Counted from the whole stretch's first letter, positions 1 to 13,570 are shown. The stretch: 63,737 nt of DNA, filler included, from Octopus bimaculoides (GCF_001194135.2; 5 parts of 4 records of this genome joined end to end with filler, not necessarily neighbours in it); one strand, 5' to 3'. A program made the numbers and translations. The notes: generated by a model from the letters alone, not told the origin.

Positions 1-466
1 TATATATATATATATACACACACAAACACATATATGTATTTATATGTTTATATATATATATATATATATATGTACATGTTTATATATGTATATATATATG
101 TTTACATTTATATTTTTATATATGTATATATATGCGTATATGTTTATATATATATTTTTATATATATATATGTGTGTGTGTGTGTATGTATGTATGTATG
201 CATATGTATACATTTTAAATAAGGTTAACTATATATGAGGTAAAATTTATGATATTCTTTTCTATTCGATGCATTGAGTAAACAAATACTGAAGTTTATA
301 CAAAAAAATAAACAAATTTCTAAACGCACCTATGAAAATCAGTATCACATTTACGTCGTTGATAGAGTCTAAAATGACGCAAGCAAAATTTCTTAGACAC
401 ATTTCTCACTTTACTGGAAGTCACTTCAGCTAAAAGAGAAATGATATATAAATGAAAGTTACATAA

Positions 467-860
467 GAGTGGCTGTGTGGTAAGTAGCTTGCCCACCAAC
501 CACATGGTTCAGGGTTCAGTAACACTGCGTGGCACCTTGTGCGATTGTCTTCTACTATAGCCTCGTGCCGACCAAAGCCTTGTGAGTTGATTTGGTAGAC
601 AGAAACTGAAAGAAGCCTGTCGAATATATGTATATATATGTGTGTATTTGTGTGTCAGTGTTTGTTCCCCCAACATCCCTTGACAACCGATGCTGGTGTG
701 TTTACGTCCCCGTAACTTAGCGGTTCGGCAAAAGAGACCGATATAATAAGTACTAGGCTTCTAAAGAATAAGTCCTGCGGTCGATTTGCTCGACTAAAGG
801 TGGTGCTCCAGCATGGCCGCAGTAAAATGACTAAAACAAGTAAATGAGAAAATGAGTAAA
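467..860 (+). mobile_element. SINE-like family A, full copy (tRNA-like head, internal (TA)/(TG) tract, conserved 3' half)
   Basis: Closely similar to 48203-48568 and 55528-55855 (GAGTGGCTGTGTGGTAAG... head; ...GGTGCTCCAGCATGGCCGCAGT...ACAAGTAAA tail). Confidence 0.85.
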
Positions 861-1081
861 TGAGACAGTCTTGGACGAAATAATGTCTAGAAATATCCAC
901 TATAGATAGAAGTAAGCTCCTTTAGGGAGCTATATAAACTAAGTCGTCATCAGGCATTCTTACGCTCAAATGTTACAGTAATGTATTTAATGATATCAAT
1001 AAAATAGTCAAAGAAAAATGCTGTAATAAAAAGTTAAGGCAGGCATCGACGTAAAAATAAAATAAACGAACACTGTATGAT

Positions 1082-1372
1082 GACTAGGGTGCCAGGTGAT
1101 CCGATCAATGGAACAGCTCGCTTGTGAAATCAACGTGCAACTGACTGAGAACTCCACAGACACGTGTACCGCTAACGAAATTCTCAGACAGATTCACCGT
1201 GACTGTGCTGGTCCTTTGAAATACTAATACTACTCATTTTTGCCAGCTGAGTGAACTGGAGCAACGTGAAATAAAGTGTCTTGCTCAAATACACAACCCG
1301 TCGCTGGGAATTGAACTCACAACATAACAATCGGGAACCGAATACCCTAACCACTAAACCACGTGCCTTCAC
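1082..1372 (-). mobile_element. SINE family C' (tRNA-like head, CORE/Meta-like middle, family C 3' tail)
   Basis: Minus strand reads a head with TGGTTTAGTGGTTAGG and GAGTTCAATTCC, a middle GAGCAAGACACTTTATTTCACGTTGCTCCAG, and a tail shared with 50861-51234. Confidence 0.75.
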
Positions 1373-2215
1373 ACAATACTGATGCTCTAAAAGGTAAAAT
1401 GTTCACAACATTCTTTCTGTTTTGGTGTTCTTAAACCCAAAATTTTATCTGAAATATTTCTAGATCTAAACGTAGCCTTTGATGACTTACTCCACAAATT
1501 GATATTAAAATAATTACTGTGATATCGTTCCACAATGCTCCCTAACCATTTAGTAACTTTAAACGGAATTCTTTCCAATATGAGATATAGGAAAGAATTG
1601 CACTTAAACTTACCTAATGGATAGGAACCGTTGGGGCTTTTTTTTTTACTCTAGAGGAAGAGGTATCGTCCATTTGAGGAAGTAGCGGTTTGCTGGTGAG
1701 CTTGTTGTCAATAATGTTCTTAATTGTTTAATTATAGAAATCGTTAATTGTATGACTGGAAGATATTTGTTAAAATAACAAGTATAATAGCTCCTTTAAT
1801 TATGTTTCACCCCAGCGATGAAAATTTAACAAGATCGGATGAAAAAAATAACGTTTACCAAGATTTGATTAATTATCTTAAGGTTATCGTCAAGCTTAGC
1901 GGTCAAGCCAAACAACTGGCAAAATAGAAATACATGTCATTGTAGCTTAGGCAGAAGACCACAAATTGGCTCCTGTTCTTGACTATATATTATAAAGATA
2001 CTTTCAGGCAGTGGCATATGGCCACACATATAAGGAAATGAGTATTATTCGACTTAAATGAGTACTGCTCGACAGTGAGTTCCTATGCACTGTGCTTCAT
2101 TAGTATTAATTTTGTCGATCTCTTACAAATTGCAAGTCGAATTCGGCCCAATCATGGTCCATAGATTCAGCAATAATTCCATTCAAATTGTCTGGTGTGT
2201 CGAAATAACGCCTAG

Positions 2216-2440
2216 CCTTTAGCCTTTAAACTAGCTGTATGTGGCCAAAATACTCCAGTTGTTTTTATTCAAATCAACCTGATCCATCTTCACACACATT
2301 GTAAAGTACCCAACAATGTCACTCTAAGAATAAACAAACGCGTCATCGTAATCTCGAAACTATAATATAATGCATCATTAACTCACAGCAATGTGAATAA
2401 ATAGGCATTACATTTGACAGAGTAATTTGAAAGCTAAAGG
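2216..2440. mobile_element. Degenerate MITE, possibly piggyBac-like
   Basis: Terminal inverted CCTTTAGC (2216-2223) / GCTAAAGG (2433-2440) around a ~225 bp non-coding body; a TTAA target duplication is not preserved. Confidence 0.4.
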
Positions 2441-5400
2441 AAAGAACACTTTACACAAAACCGTTCCATAATCACTGTATACGAAGCAAGTGTAAACACC
2501 TGTCCGGTTCGGGATTACCTGGGCCTAAACAACAACTATGCAAATTAACTATGTTACTAAAGTTAAGGTAAAGTGTAATACAAGGGCAATGCTGACACGA
2601 GAACCTAATCGTTCAAACTGCTACTTAAAATATTTATCTTTTAATTTTAATGTAGCCACATATTCAAAAGAATAACTATACAGTCCTATCACACGGTACT
2701 TAGTAGAGGTAAGTATAACTCAGTCGACTTCTACTAGAGTTCCAGACCAGCTAATACCTTATGGATGACAATAAATCAACCGAATATTTACATACATATA
2801 ACAAGGAGACGACACTGGAGAAAGCAAAGGTTATGTAATGAAATTCCTTACATTGCAGCTGTTTCTGCTATAAGATCCTATAGCTTCATCGGAGATTTTA
2901 AGCTATATTATGTTATTCAGGTACTCAACTAAGAATCTACTGCATCTTCTAGCAGAAATGGCTGTAAACTAATGAGGTTTATTACATAAACTTTGTTTAT
3001 TTCGGTGTTATCCCTTTGTTTTTAACGCCACATTATACTCATCTAACATTGTTTTTTTTTTAAGCATATGTATATGGGATTCTACGCCAGTTTATTACTC
3101 TCACTATGCTTTAGCTAAATATTCAAATACGCACACATATGTATGTGTACAGATACATATTTTTTTCGGAATTTGCGTAAATGTGTATAGAATAATTTAC
3201 CAGTTGACTAAAGTTACATGGTCTGGTTTTCACGTATTTTATAATTGCATTTAATTTTTTTTACTATGTTAAAATGCGTTAAACATTAAATATATATATA
3301 TATATATATATANNNNNNNNNNNNNNNNNNNNNNNNNNNNNNNNNNNNNNNNNNNNNNNNNNNNNNNNNNNNNNNNNNNNNNNNNNNNNNNNNNNNNNNN
3401 NNNNNNNNNNNNNNNNNNNNNNNNNNNNNNNNNNNNNNNNNNNNNNNNNNNNNNNNNNNNNNNNNNNNNNNNNNNNNNNNNNNNNNNNNNNNNNNNNNNN
3501 NNNNNNNNNNNNNNNNNNNNNNNNNNNNNNNNNNNNNNNNNNNNNNNNNNNNNNNNNNNNNNNNNNNNNNNNNNNNNNNNNNNNNNNNNNNNNNNNNNNN
3601 NNNNNNNNNNNNNNNNNNNNNNNNNNNNNNNNNNNNNNNNNNNNNNNNNNNNNNNNNNNNNNNNNNNNNNNNNNNNNNNNNNNNNNNNNNNNNNNNNNNN
3701 NNNNNNNNNNNNNNNNNNNNNNNNNNNNNNNNNNNNNNNNNNNNNNNNNNNNNNNNNNNNNNNNNNNNNNNNNNNNNNNNNNNNNNNNNNNNNNNNNNNN
3801 NNNNNNNNNNNNNNNNNNNNNNNNNNNNNNNNNNNNNNNNNNNNNNNNNNNNNNNNNNNNNNNNNNNNNNNNNNNNNNNNNNNNNNNNNNNNNNNNNNNN
3901 NNNNNNNNNNNNNNNNNNNNNNNNNNNNNNNNNNNNNNNNNNNNNNNNNNNNNNNNNNNNNNNNNNNNNNNNNNNNNNNNNNNNNNNNNNNNNNNNNNNN
4001 NNNNNNNNNNNNNNNNNNNNNNNNNNNNNNNNNNNNNNNNNNNNNNNNNNNNNNNNNNNNNNNNNNNNNNNNNNNNNNNNNNNNNNNNNNNNNNNNNNNN
4101 NNNNNNNNNNNNNNNNNATATATATATATATATACATACAGTAGTGTTCATAAAGTTCAATTCACGCTTTCGTACGTTCGTAGTATTTATCAGATTTCAA
4201 AATGTATTGACTGACAGTTGCGTTGAGAGCTTGACAACTGTAGTAAAATGATTGACTTGTTTTTTATAACTTTTAGAAGGCCCCGATTAGCAAAATTTTT
4301 CCAATACAATGTTGACCAATCAGCATGCAACTTAAACATCACGGTTTGCCGGGCGCACAGATATTACTGGCATAGATCCAACCTTTATTTTAACCAATTA
4401 GCTTGTGGCTTACATGTAAAGATTTTATGAGTAAGCAAGCTTAGTTGGTTTCGGTCGTTTTTATTTCAATCGGTAGAAGTCTTCTGTAATTTGTTCATAC
4501 TCATATATTAAGGATATTTTTTAGTTCACACCATTATTGATGTTATTTCCATGTGTCCTCTACATGTCTTCCAAAGGTCATGCCGTAGTTTTCTTCAATG
4601 TTTTTTTTATATATATATTTTGTTCATATACCGTGTTGTTTAACACACTTCAACATTGTACGGATTTCTTTTAAACACAATAATAAAAAACGTGAAAACT
4701 ACAGCATGTTGTAACTTTATTCAATTAAAATATATATGTGTGTGTGCGTGTGTGTGTGTAAAGGAAAGAATAGATTGAGTCAAAAGGAAGAGGCAGTACG
4801 ATTCGACAGCTGTTTAACGAAAATTACACATGCTTCGATAAACAAGAGAAATGAGCAACACTCAATTACACTTGTGTGTGTGAGTGTATGGGTGTGCATC
4901 TGTATATATGTACATATGTATATACGTATTTGCGAAATAATAAAATTTAGTGTGTGCAGCCTAGCATGTCAGACAAAGTAAATAGACAACGTACACAATG
5001 CCGTTCATGTCGAGCGTGTAGAGGCATGCTCACATCGTGCGGATTGAAGCAGTCAGCGTCTGCTAAACTGAAAGGAGCCAGTTGGAGGTGATAGCATGGA
5101 AATCAAACATTTGTTTACGGTGACAGCGATTATATATCACCCGAGGAGATACAACTAGGTCCTATTATACTGGTAAACCGTTACTTAATTTAAATTTAAA
5201 TCCTGTGTATATGTGGATCTATGTTATATCGAAACATGTGGAGTAGTTATTAAATAGCTGTCAAATTGTACTCCTTCTTCCTTTTGACTATTTATTCTTT
5301 CCCTTTTATTTTTCTCACTCGAGGAATGCGTAAGCCTAGATATGGTAGTATACCATAGTACTGCCGGCTATCTGGTAATTCTAAGGGTGAACGAGCTCTA

Positions 5401-5512
5401 TTTTGTACACTAATACGTTCTTAACGGAATACACCTCAATTATATATATATATACATATATATATATATACATATATATAATTTCTAAAATTTCTTTTGC
5501 TGCCCTATGATT

Positions 5513-5556
<44 letters not shown>

Positions 5557-5608
5557 ATTGATGGATAATTGATAGCGTCAGTAGCAGCATAGATACCGAT
5601 ATCCCCAC

Positions 5609-6111
5609 TTCCTTGGCCTAGTCAACGGTAGACAGCCGGGACCTGGAAGCAAGAATAATTTCTCTGCTAGCGATATGCGTAGAACCTTAGTGCCTAATCA
5701 GGTACTGGTGTCGCAAACAGCGAATGGGCTTATTAAAAGATAATTAATAGCGACAGAAATAGTAGGCATTCCAAAACGTAATGTCTATCCCACATTAAAA
5801 GTTGGTAATGTGTTAGAACACGGAATACTGCAATAGTTACTATGAGAGAATCCCTGATATGGACTTATGATTCATATAAGCACTCGTTTTTATACCGCTA
5901 GCGAGACATATGCCTTCGACATCGCCGTCGGGATAATCAGATCACATGATTTGCAGCACCAGAATGTCATAAGGCACAAGGATTCTATGAGTACTGCTAG
6001 CAGAGAAATCGTTGCCATCTCTAGCTTTCGGGCGTCTACCATTAAGAAGGCCGAGAAAAACCAAATTCACGTGATCTGGTTATCCAGGTGGCGATGGCGG
6101 AAGATTGTCTC
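5609..6111. mobile_element. Old foldback/MITE-like element with two interleaved inverted repeat pairs
   Basis: 5609-5718 is about two-thirds identical (hand alignment) to the reverse complement of 5949-6057; 5903-5948 is inverted relative to 6068-6111. Confidence 0.5.
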
Positions 6112-6224
6112 CCGTTACTGATAATAACGTTTGTACTTATATGCACTACAAGTCCATATGAGAGGTTTTCTCCTTGTAACTATCGCAGTATTCTATGCCC
6201 TAATACGACATCGAATTACTTTAT

Positions 6225-6268
<44 letters not shown>

Positions 6269-7608
6269 NNNNNNNNNNNNNNNNNNNNNNNNNNNNNNNN
6301 NNNNNNNNNNNNNNNNNNNNNNNNNNNNNNNNNNNNNNNNNNNNNNNNNNNNNNNNNNNNNNNNNNNNNNNNNNNNNNNNNNNNNNNNNNNNNNNNNNNN
6401 NNNNNNNNNNNNNNNNNNNNNNNNNNNNNNNNNNNNNNNNNNNNTGTGTTTGTGTGTGTGTGTGTGTGTGCGTGTGTGTGTGTGTGTGTGTGCAGTGTAA
6501 TGAAAATGGAAGGACGAGGCAAAAAAAAAAGGCAGAATTAAATCATGAAAGAAAGATAGCAAGAACTGAATAATAAAAGAACGAGAGAAATATAATTGAG
6601 TAGAATTACGAGATAAATATTCTCTGTTTTGAAGAGGATAAAATGGTCAAATGTTAATATGTGGAAAAGATGAATGTGCGTGAAATGATATCGAGATGTA
6701 GATATATTGATATATTGGCAGAAGACACTGGTCACACGTCATTGACCGTCGTGATCATCCGTGTGAAGTAGACTGTTTTAGCGATCTACAAGCAGACTGG
6801 ATAATTGGATAACCGTAAATAAAATCCTTTATAATAGCATCAACGTTATCATTATTATTCTTATTAATGTTATTTTTTGTTGTTTCTATGTTATTGTTAT
6901 TATTGCCAATAACATCACCATTTTAAACATCAACAGATGCCGCTTCAGCAACACTACTATTAAAAACAAGAGAATTTCGAGAAAGGTAACATCTGCAATA
7001 TTTCAATGTAGCAGATAAATAAACGTAACTAAATACGACAAAAGTAATATCTGGAATCCAAGAAAATTTCAGATGGTTTTCTGACAGTATCAATTAGTCT
7101 ATAGTAGAGCTCGTTAAAGAGATAGAAGAGTTCAATCGCTGTGAGGAATGATCACTTCCCCCCACTCAGGAGTCTCTGCGTCGTTCTCAGCTTGCCATAA
7201 ATAGCAACGAAACCTCTTCCGAATCAGTCTTTATTCTCTTTAAAAGGACACGTTCGATTATGTTGTTTCTGCATTACCTGCAATTAGGAAAAGGATGGGA
7301 TGGTCAGAATTGGAATGCTTTTGTTCATAGGTCTGCTGAATCAGAGCTGGCGTGAGATTAAACCAGAAAAATTAACATGCTGGCCGGTCTTACAAAGAGA
7401 CAAGCCGAGAGAAAACTGTCCCTGAGAGGCCCAACTGGCAAAGTAAAATCTCACCTTACATTGCTAATTGGTTTCCACTATATTTCAGTTACCTTCCGAT
7501 CAGATTGGAACTTAGAATCTGTCTTACTTACTTTGGTTGATTCTGTGAGAGCAGATTGTAACCTGTCGTCAGAGGTCTCTCAGGGTCTCTTTCCACAATT
7601 TTATTAGT

Positions 7609-7836
7609 TCAGTAAACTGGCAGAATCGTTAGCACGCCGGGAAAAATGCTTTGCGGCATTGTGTCCGTCTTTTACGTCTTAAGTTCAAATTCCGCCGAAT
7701 TCAACTTTGTCTTTCATCCTTTCAGAGACTTTAAAATAGGTAACAATTGAACACCGATGTCGGTATAATCGACTTACCTCACCACATAAAAAAACAAAAA
7801 AAAACATCGCTGGCCTTGTGCCAAAATATGAAATTA
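7609..7836 (+). mobile_element. SINE family B copy
   Basis: CTGGCAGAATCGTTAGCACGCCGGG...GTTCAAATTCCGCCG...GGCCTTGTGCCAAAAT shared with many other copies in the window. Confidence 0.8.
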
Positions 7837-7850
7837 TCACTATTATTATT

Positions 7851-8384
7851 GAATGAGAGAGCAGTGCATGCCATCAAAGTGACACTGGAGTAAAAAAAAA
7901 AGGAAGCCCATTATACCCATCATGACTACCCGTCTGATAAGGATACACTAGGCACAAGCATGACGACCATATGTGCGCGACATGGTGTCTTCATATCAAG
8001 ATAAACAGCACATGACCTCGCAGGTGGGGGCCCAGTTAGAATTTTCTTCAGGTCGAGAAGCCCATCCCGCTCAAAAGATCCTTGAATAAGGTTTGTTTAA
8101 GGATGTTGAGCAAAACACCCATATTTCCAGAGGTGAATTATTCAAACCCCAAAGAATTCCTCTCAACACATGGCTATGATACTCCCCCACTACTTCTGTT
8201 CGTGATCAGAGATTCACATATCGTCAGGCACCAAGCGACATGCTCAAGTGATTAAGGTCAAACAACTGATCTGTAGTATTGAGCAGAATATTTGCTGAAG
8301 CCCATTCTTTATACCGAGGCAAAACAATGTACATGATAATACTTCCAGTCAATTAAGATCAGAAGCCATGAGAGCCACTGCCTG
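7851..8384. mobile_element. ~530 bp non-coding interspersed repeat (family D) embedded in (TAT/TAA)n
   Basis: High-complexity, GC-richer block with no long ORF, flanked on both sides by ATT repeats; single copy in this window, so family status rests on recognition only. Confidence 0.5.
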
Positions 8385-8455
<71 letters not shown>

Positions 8456-8490
8456 CATTATTATTATTATTATTACCATTATTACCATTA
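8385..8490. repeat. (TAT)n microsatellite
   Basis: Direct reading. Confidence 0.95.
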
Positions 8491-8680
8491 TTGCAAAATT
8501 GTTAGAGCGTTGGACCATAATGCCTTGCAGCATTTCTTCAGGATATTTACGCTCTGCGTTGAAGTCCTATCAAGGTCGACTTTGCCTTTCATTCCTCCAA
8601 GGTCGATAAAGCAAAAGTATTTGAGCCGGAGTATGTGACTTTTCAAAACTGATGACCTTGTGCCTAAGTTAGAAACAATA
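8490..8680 (+). mobile_element. Degenerate SINE family B copy
   Basis: GGTCGACTTTGCCTTTCATTCC...GGTCGATAAA...CCTTGTGCCTAAGTTAGAAAC matches the family B body and tail. Confidence 0.65.
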
Positions 8681-8719
8681 ATCGGCCAAAGCTGTTTCAA
8701 TCATAATTCAAAATTTCAA

Positions 8720-9012
8720 GTGTTCCGAATGTACAGGGATTTGTATGTGTTCCTGTGAAGAGAGAAAGCGGGTTCCTGTGTCTGTATATAGTGTAAGCGT
8801 GTGTTTACCCCTCTGTATACTGTCAGGGTTTATGTATGCTTCTGCAAAGCGTAAGCGTGTGTATATACTTGTGTATAGTACAAGCGTGTGTGTATGCATG
8901 TGCATAGAGTAAGCGTATGTATATGCCTATGTATATTATCAGTGTGTTTTCATGTCTGTGTATAGTGTTAGCATGTGTATATACCTAAGCGTTGTGTAAG
9001 TATGTGCATATA
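8720..9012. repeat. Degenerate ~28-30 bp minisatellite (GTGTATAGTGTAAGCGTGTG-like units) running into a gap
   Basis: Recurrent GTAAGCGTGTG / TGTGTATAGT units. Confidence 0.55.
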
Positions 9013-10249
9013 ANNNNNNNNNNNNNNNNNNNNNNNNNNNNNNNNNNNNNNNNNNNNNNNNNNNNNNNNNNNNNNNNNNNNNNNNNNNNNNNNNNNNNNN
9101 NNNNNNNNNNNNNNNNNNNNNNNNNNNNNNNNNNNNNNNNNNNNNNNNNNNNNNNNNNNNNNNNNNNNNNNNNNNNNNNNNNNNNNNNNNNNNNNNNNNN
9201 NNNNNNNNNNNNNNNNNNNNNNNNNNNNNNNNNNNNNNNNNNNNNNNNNNNNNNNNNNNNNNNNNNNNNNNNNNNNNNNNNNNNNNNNNNNNNNNNNNNN
9301 NNNNNNNNNNNNNNNNNNNNNNNNNNNNNNNNNNNNNNNNNNNNNNNNNNNNNNNNNNNNNNNNNNNNNNNNNNNNNNNNNNNNNNNNNNNNNNNNNNNN
9401 NNNNNNNNNNNNNNNNNACATGTTTGTATACTTGTGTGTTTATACATATATACATATATGTATATATACACGACTGTATGAACATGTATATATAAATGTG
9501 TGTGTGTGTATGTGTGTGCGTATGTATGTGTGTATGTATGTGTGTGTATGTATGTGTATGTATGTGTGTTTGTATGTATGCATGTGTGTGTGTGTGTGTC
9601 TCTGTGTGTGTGTGTGTGTGTGTTGCCAGCGTGTGTACACGAACTGTAGAGAATGGTGTTTCTGATAGCTTAAAATAAACTATTGTTCAACTATAAATTT
9701 CAGTTACTGATAAACATATCTACACACTATATCTTTTTTTTTTCTGCCTTCTCCATTTGTTAGCGAAAATGTTCACCAACCCGTCCGCGCGTGCGCGTGT
9801 GTTTGTTTAAATAATTTATTCCTTTCTATTCTGTTNNNNNNNNNNTCCTCCTTTTCTTCTTCTTTCGCTTCTTTTTTTTTAAATTTTTAATAAGCTGTAA
9901 GCTAATTTATTTCCAAACTTTTTTCTTGCAAGCTAATGAAATTACAGTTAAATATATACGCTTAGCACTTCTATGAGTTATACCTTGCGTCAGATATGGT
10001 TGATGTATGCCTGTGTATGCGCATTTATGAGTCTGTGTGTGTCTGTGTATGTGTGTGCGTGCGGGGGGGGGGCACACAGAAAATAGGTAGATGGACAAAT
10101 AAGATAAGATAGATAGATGTGAACGTTGAAGAAAGTGAGAGGGGGCACAGTGAGAAAGACGATAGCGTAGAACTAAATTAATTGTAACTGTTATATTTAA
10201 CAGATCAACCGACTATATGTCACTAACTAATTAGCTGTAAGTATTATTG

Positions 10250-10251
10250 TT

Positions 10252-10306
<55 letters not shown>

Positions 10307-10340
10307 CGACGACGNNNNNNNNNNATGATGATGATGATGA

Positions 10341-10376
<36 letters not shown>

Positions 10377-10377
10377 T
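10250..10377. repeat. (GAT)n/(GAC)n microsatellite with a 10-N gap
   Basis: Direct reading. Confidence 0.95.
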
Positions 10378-11874
10378 ACTGCTGTTTCGTCCAAGCTTAA
10401 CTCTAATCAAACCTACCTGTTATTTCTTAATAAGAATCAGCGATGTTTGATTTGCGGGGATTTCACTGCTGCTTCTGGTTGATCTAACAATCACATAGAG
10501 GTTTTACCATTTGTTCATAAATAAAGTGAGTGAACCGGCAGAACCTCTAGAAAACCCCTTTACGTTCTGATATCCTCACTCCCGGTCCACGAATAAAGTA
10601 CTTGTAAAGCTTTGGGTTGAGGGAAATGCCCTAGTCATTTCCTTCAAAAATTACTGGCCTTATGCCTGCATTAGAAATATTTATTACCCTAAATATTTTT
10701 ATTACTATTGTTGCTCTTGCTCTGTATGTAAAATGGTTGCTTGTTTATCTCTGGTAGAGCATAACTGAAGGAAATAATTCCCTTTCTATTGAAGAATCTT
10801 AGAAACATGACACCAAATATGTATGTAGCATTTAAGTGCGTTCTAGAATAAGATTAGGCAACGTGTGTTTTAATTTTAAAATGATAATTGGTATACGTTA
10901 CAAGCAGTCTATTCACCAGTTTCTTCATTATTCTATCATTATTTGCATATTTTATATCTAGGGATTTGGTGACAAAAGAAAGCAAATCAAAACACAATAT
11001 CTTAGCGTGACATAGTTCCGGTTACTGGAGATTTCATGAGGGGGATTTACAGAACATGTGTTAATATAATTCTTGAGGTGTTACTAATATTTCAAGTTAG
11101 TTTTGTAGTGTGTTTTTTGCCCAGCTCTGGAGGAATGCTAAATTTTATTTACATTTTTTTTTCTATTTTATTTAATCTTCTAAGGGCGTAATGTTAATTT
11201 GTACGCTTATTTTAGTGCCATTTAATGGTTTGAGAGAATTTAGAAACAATAAGAAAATTCCTTACGGATTTAGATTGTTCCCGTAGAAACATTAGGCGAA
11301 CGGTTTCTCAGTACACAGGCGGCGCCTATAAATACAAGAAAAGACGGAGCCATTCTGATGAGATACAATTATAATTAGGGCGTGATTATTTTAAATTGTG
11401 TAAAAAATATCTGAATCTCAATAGACAAAGTAAATACATACACGCATACATATTTTATATGTGTTGCAGTGTGTGTGCTTATGTTTTTAATGGTGTACTA
11501 AAGAAAAGTTGATTCTAAGTAAACTGCGAAATGTACACTATTAATAGATATAATAAGGTTCAATTTCAGTACAATGTACATGTAGCATGCAACGTAGCTC
11601 GAAGCTTTTTATTAAGGATATAGAAATATTTTAACAACCAAAAATATCATAAAAGTTTCGTTAATAAAATATCATATAAAAATTGGTTGCAGTTGCGCAA
11701 AAAATATTAATGTCTCTCTCCAACTAGAGTTGATTCAAGCTATTAAACATGTCGGAAAATATTAATTTCTTCCATCAACTTCAATGCGGCTGCAGCAACG
11801 CTACATCTTATCCTCACAATAGCAGGTGTGAAAGCAACCAAGGCTTCTTCGCCAGACGACAACGATAAGAATTA

Positions 11875-12104
11875 TTAGATTGTCCGGAAAGTTCGCGCCG
11901 ATTTATAGTAGCTTACCTTTCGACTTATTTGCCATGAAACCACTTCAGTTCTGGGAAGAGGGTATTTTCAAGTTAAGGGAAAGATAGAGACGCATTGTGC
12001 AACAAACGGATTCATATTTGGTTGATTAAAATTGTAATGGCAAGTTTTCATTGACCTTTTTTTTTTACCTTTAAAAATTGGCCCGAACCTTCCGGACAAC
12101 CCAA
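11875..12104 (+). mobile_element. Internally deleted mariner element (230 bp, TA target duplication) retaining the transposase C-terminus
   Basis: 30 bp TIRs matching 25/30 (TTAGATTGTCCGGAAAGTTCG... / ...CGAACCTTCCGGACAACCCAA), TA on both flanks; internal frame DLFAMKPLQFWEEGIFKLRER*RRIVQQTDSYLVD* resembles the mariner transposase C-terminus. Confidence 0.8.
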
Positions 12105-12466
12105 TACATTAAGCTCGCAGAAAATACGTTCAAAAGCCAACGAAATTCGTTGACCCTCTCTTTATGACCTAGTTTTTTAAAAATTCTATCTTGCTATTCC
12201 CATGTATCTGAAATTTGTAGAATAAAGATATCAACAATTCTAATTCAGTTTGGTAAATGGGTATATTGTGGAAACTGCAATGTTTTTGTTAAAATGCATG
12301 AAAAGATATCTCTTTGTCTGGTTGAACAATACAATATAATCACACAATAATTCGAAATGTGGTAAAAAAAATAGCTAATGTCATCTAAGGTACTTCCAGT
12401 TGCCAAAGAGTATGATGTTCGATGAGCAGAAATATTGAACTCTCTAGTATTAGCAGCATCTATATA

Positions 12467-12684
12467 ATGGTTTCAAAATTTGGTACAAGGCCAGTAATTT
12501 CGGGGGACGGGATAAGCCGATTTTATTGACCCCCAGTGCTCAACAGGTACTTATTTAATTGACTTCGACAGGATGAAAGGCAAAGTCGACCTCGGCGAAA
12601 TTTGAACTCAGAACGTAAAGACGGAGGAAATGCTGCTTTGCTAATCGCCCGGCGTGCTAACGAATCAGTTAACTCGCCGTCTTA
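12467..12684 (-). mobile_element. SINE family B copy
   Basis: Reverse complement of the family B head, body and tail. Confidence 0.85.
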
Positions 12685-13469
12685 GCAACAACTATTCGTT
12701 AGTAATCTCAACTTATCTGACGGAAGGACTACGATATGCCAACATCCACAGCTAGAGGCCCACGTTTTGCTAAAGGAGCAAATTGTATAAACAACCTGCC
12801 ATCTCACAGTGGACCAAGATGTTATTACAAATGGACCACAGCGTTCGACAGCTTCAAAAGTTATGGATGAAATGTATTTTAGTCGTTGTGGAAAATGGAA
12901 ACGAGAAAGTAGGGGAAACTGGGTTCATGTTTGCTTCTACTATATGAATATATAGACATATGCGTGAGTGCTGATAACTGAAATGTTGTATCCCGCTGTA
13001 TTACCAGTCGGTACTTCTTCTGCTGTATTTTTATATATTTTCTTTAAACCGTATTAGACAGAGAGAGAGAGAAATGTAACAATGTAACTGATCCCAAAAG
13101 TTTGCTCTGGATTGACCCATTTGTACAGAGATAACATAGATATAGGTACTTATGTAGGTATATATGTATATACATATATATATTTATATTTATATATGTA
13201 TATATTAAGCCTGTATATGAGTATGCATGTGTCCATATACGTGTGTGTGCTTGTATGTATGTATTTTTTTTCTTTTCTTATTGGAATATATTAAACCACG
13301 GTTTACAATTTAAATTACCAACTACTGTTAACCTTACAACAAGGCCTATACATAGTGAGGTAATACACCAGTAGTGCCTACAGATATATTAATCCCTTAG
13401 ACGGTGGCGTAAACTCTAGCTCATAATTTATATGTGTGTGTGTGTGTGTGTGTGTTTGAGTGTGTGTTG

Positions 13470-13485
13470 AGATAGATAGATATAT

Positions 13486-13570
<85 letters not shown>
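13470..13570. repeat. (GATA)n microsatellite
   Basis: Direct reading. Confidence 0.95.

Noticed and set aside
4314-4401. Two CCAAT boxes
   Set aside because: Short motifs common by chance; no linked transcription start or exon.
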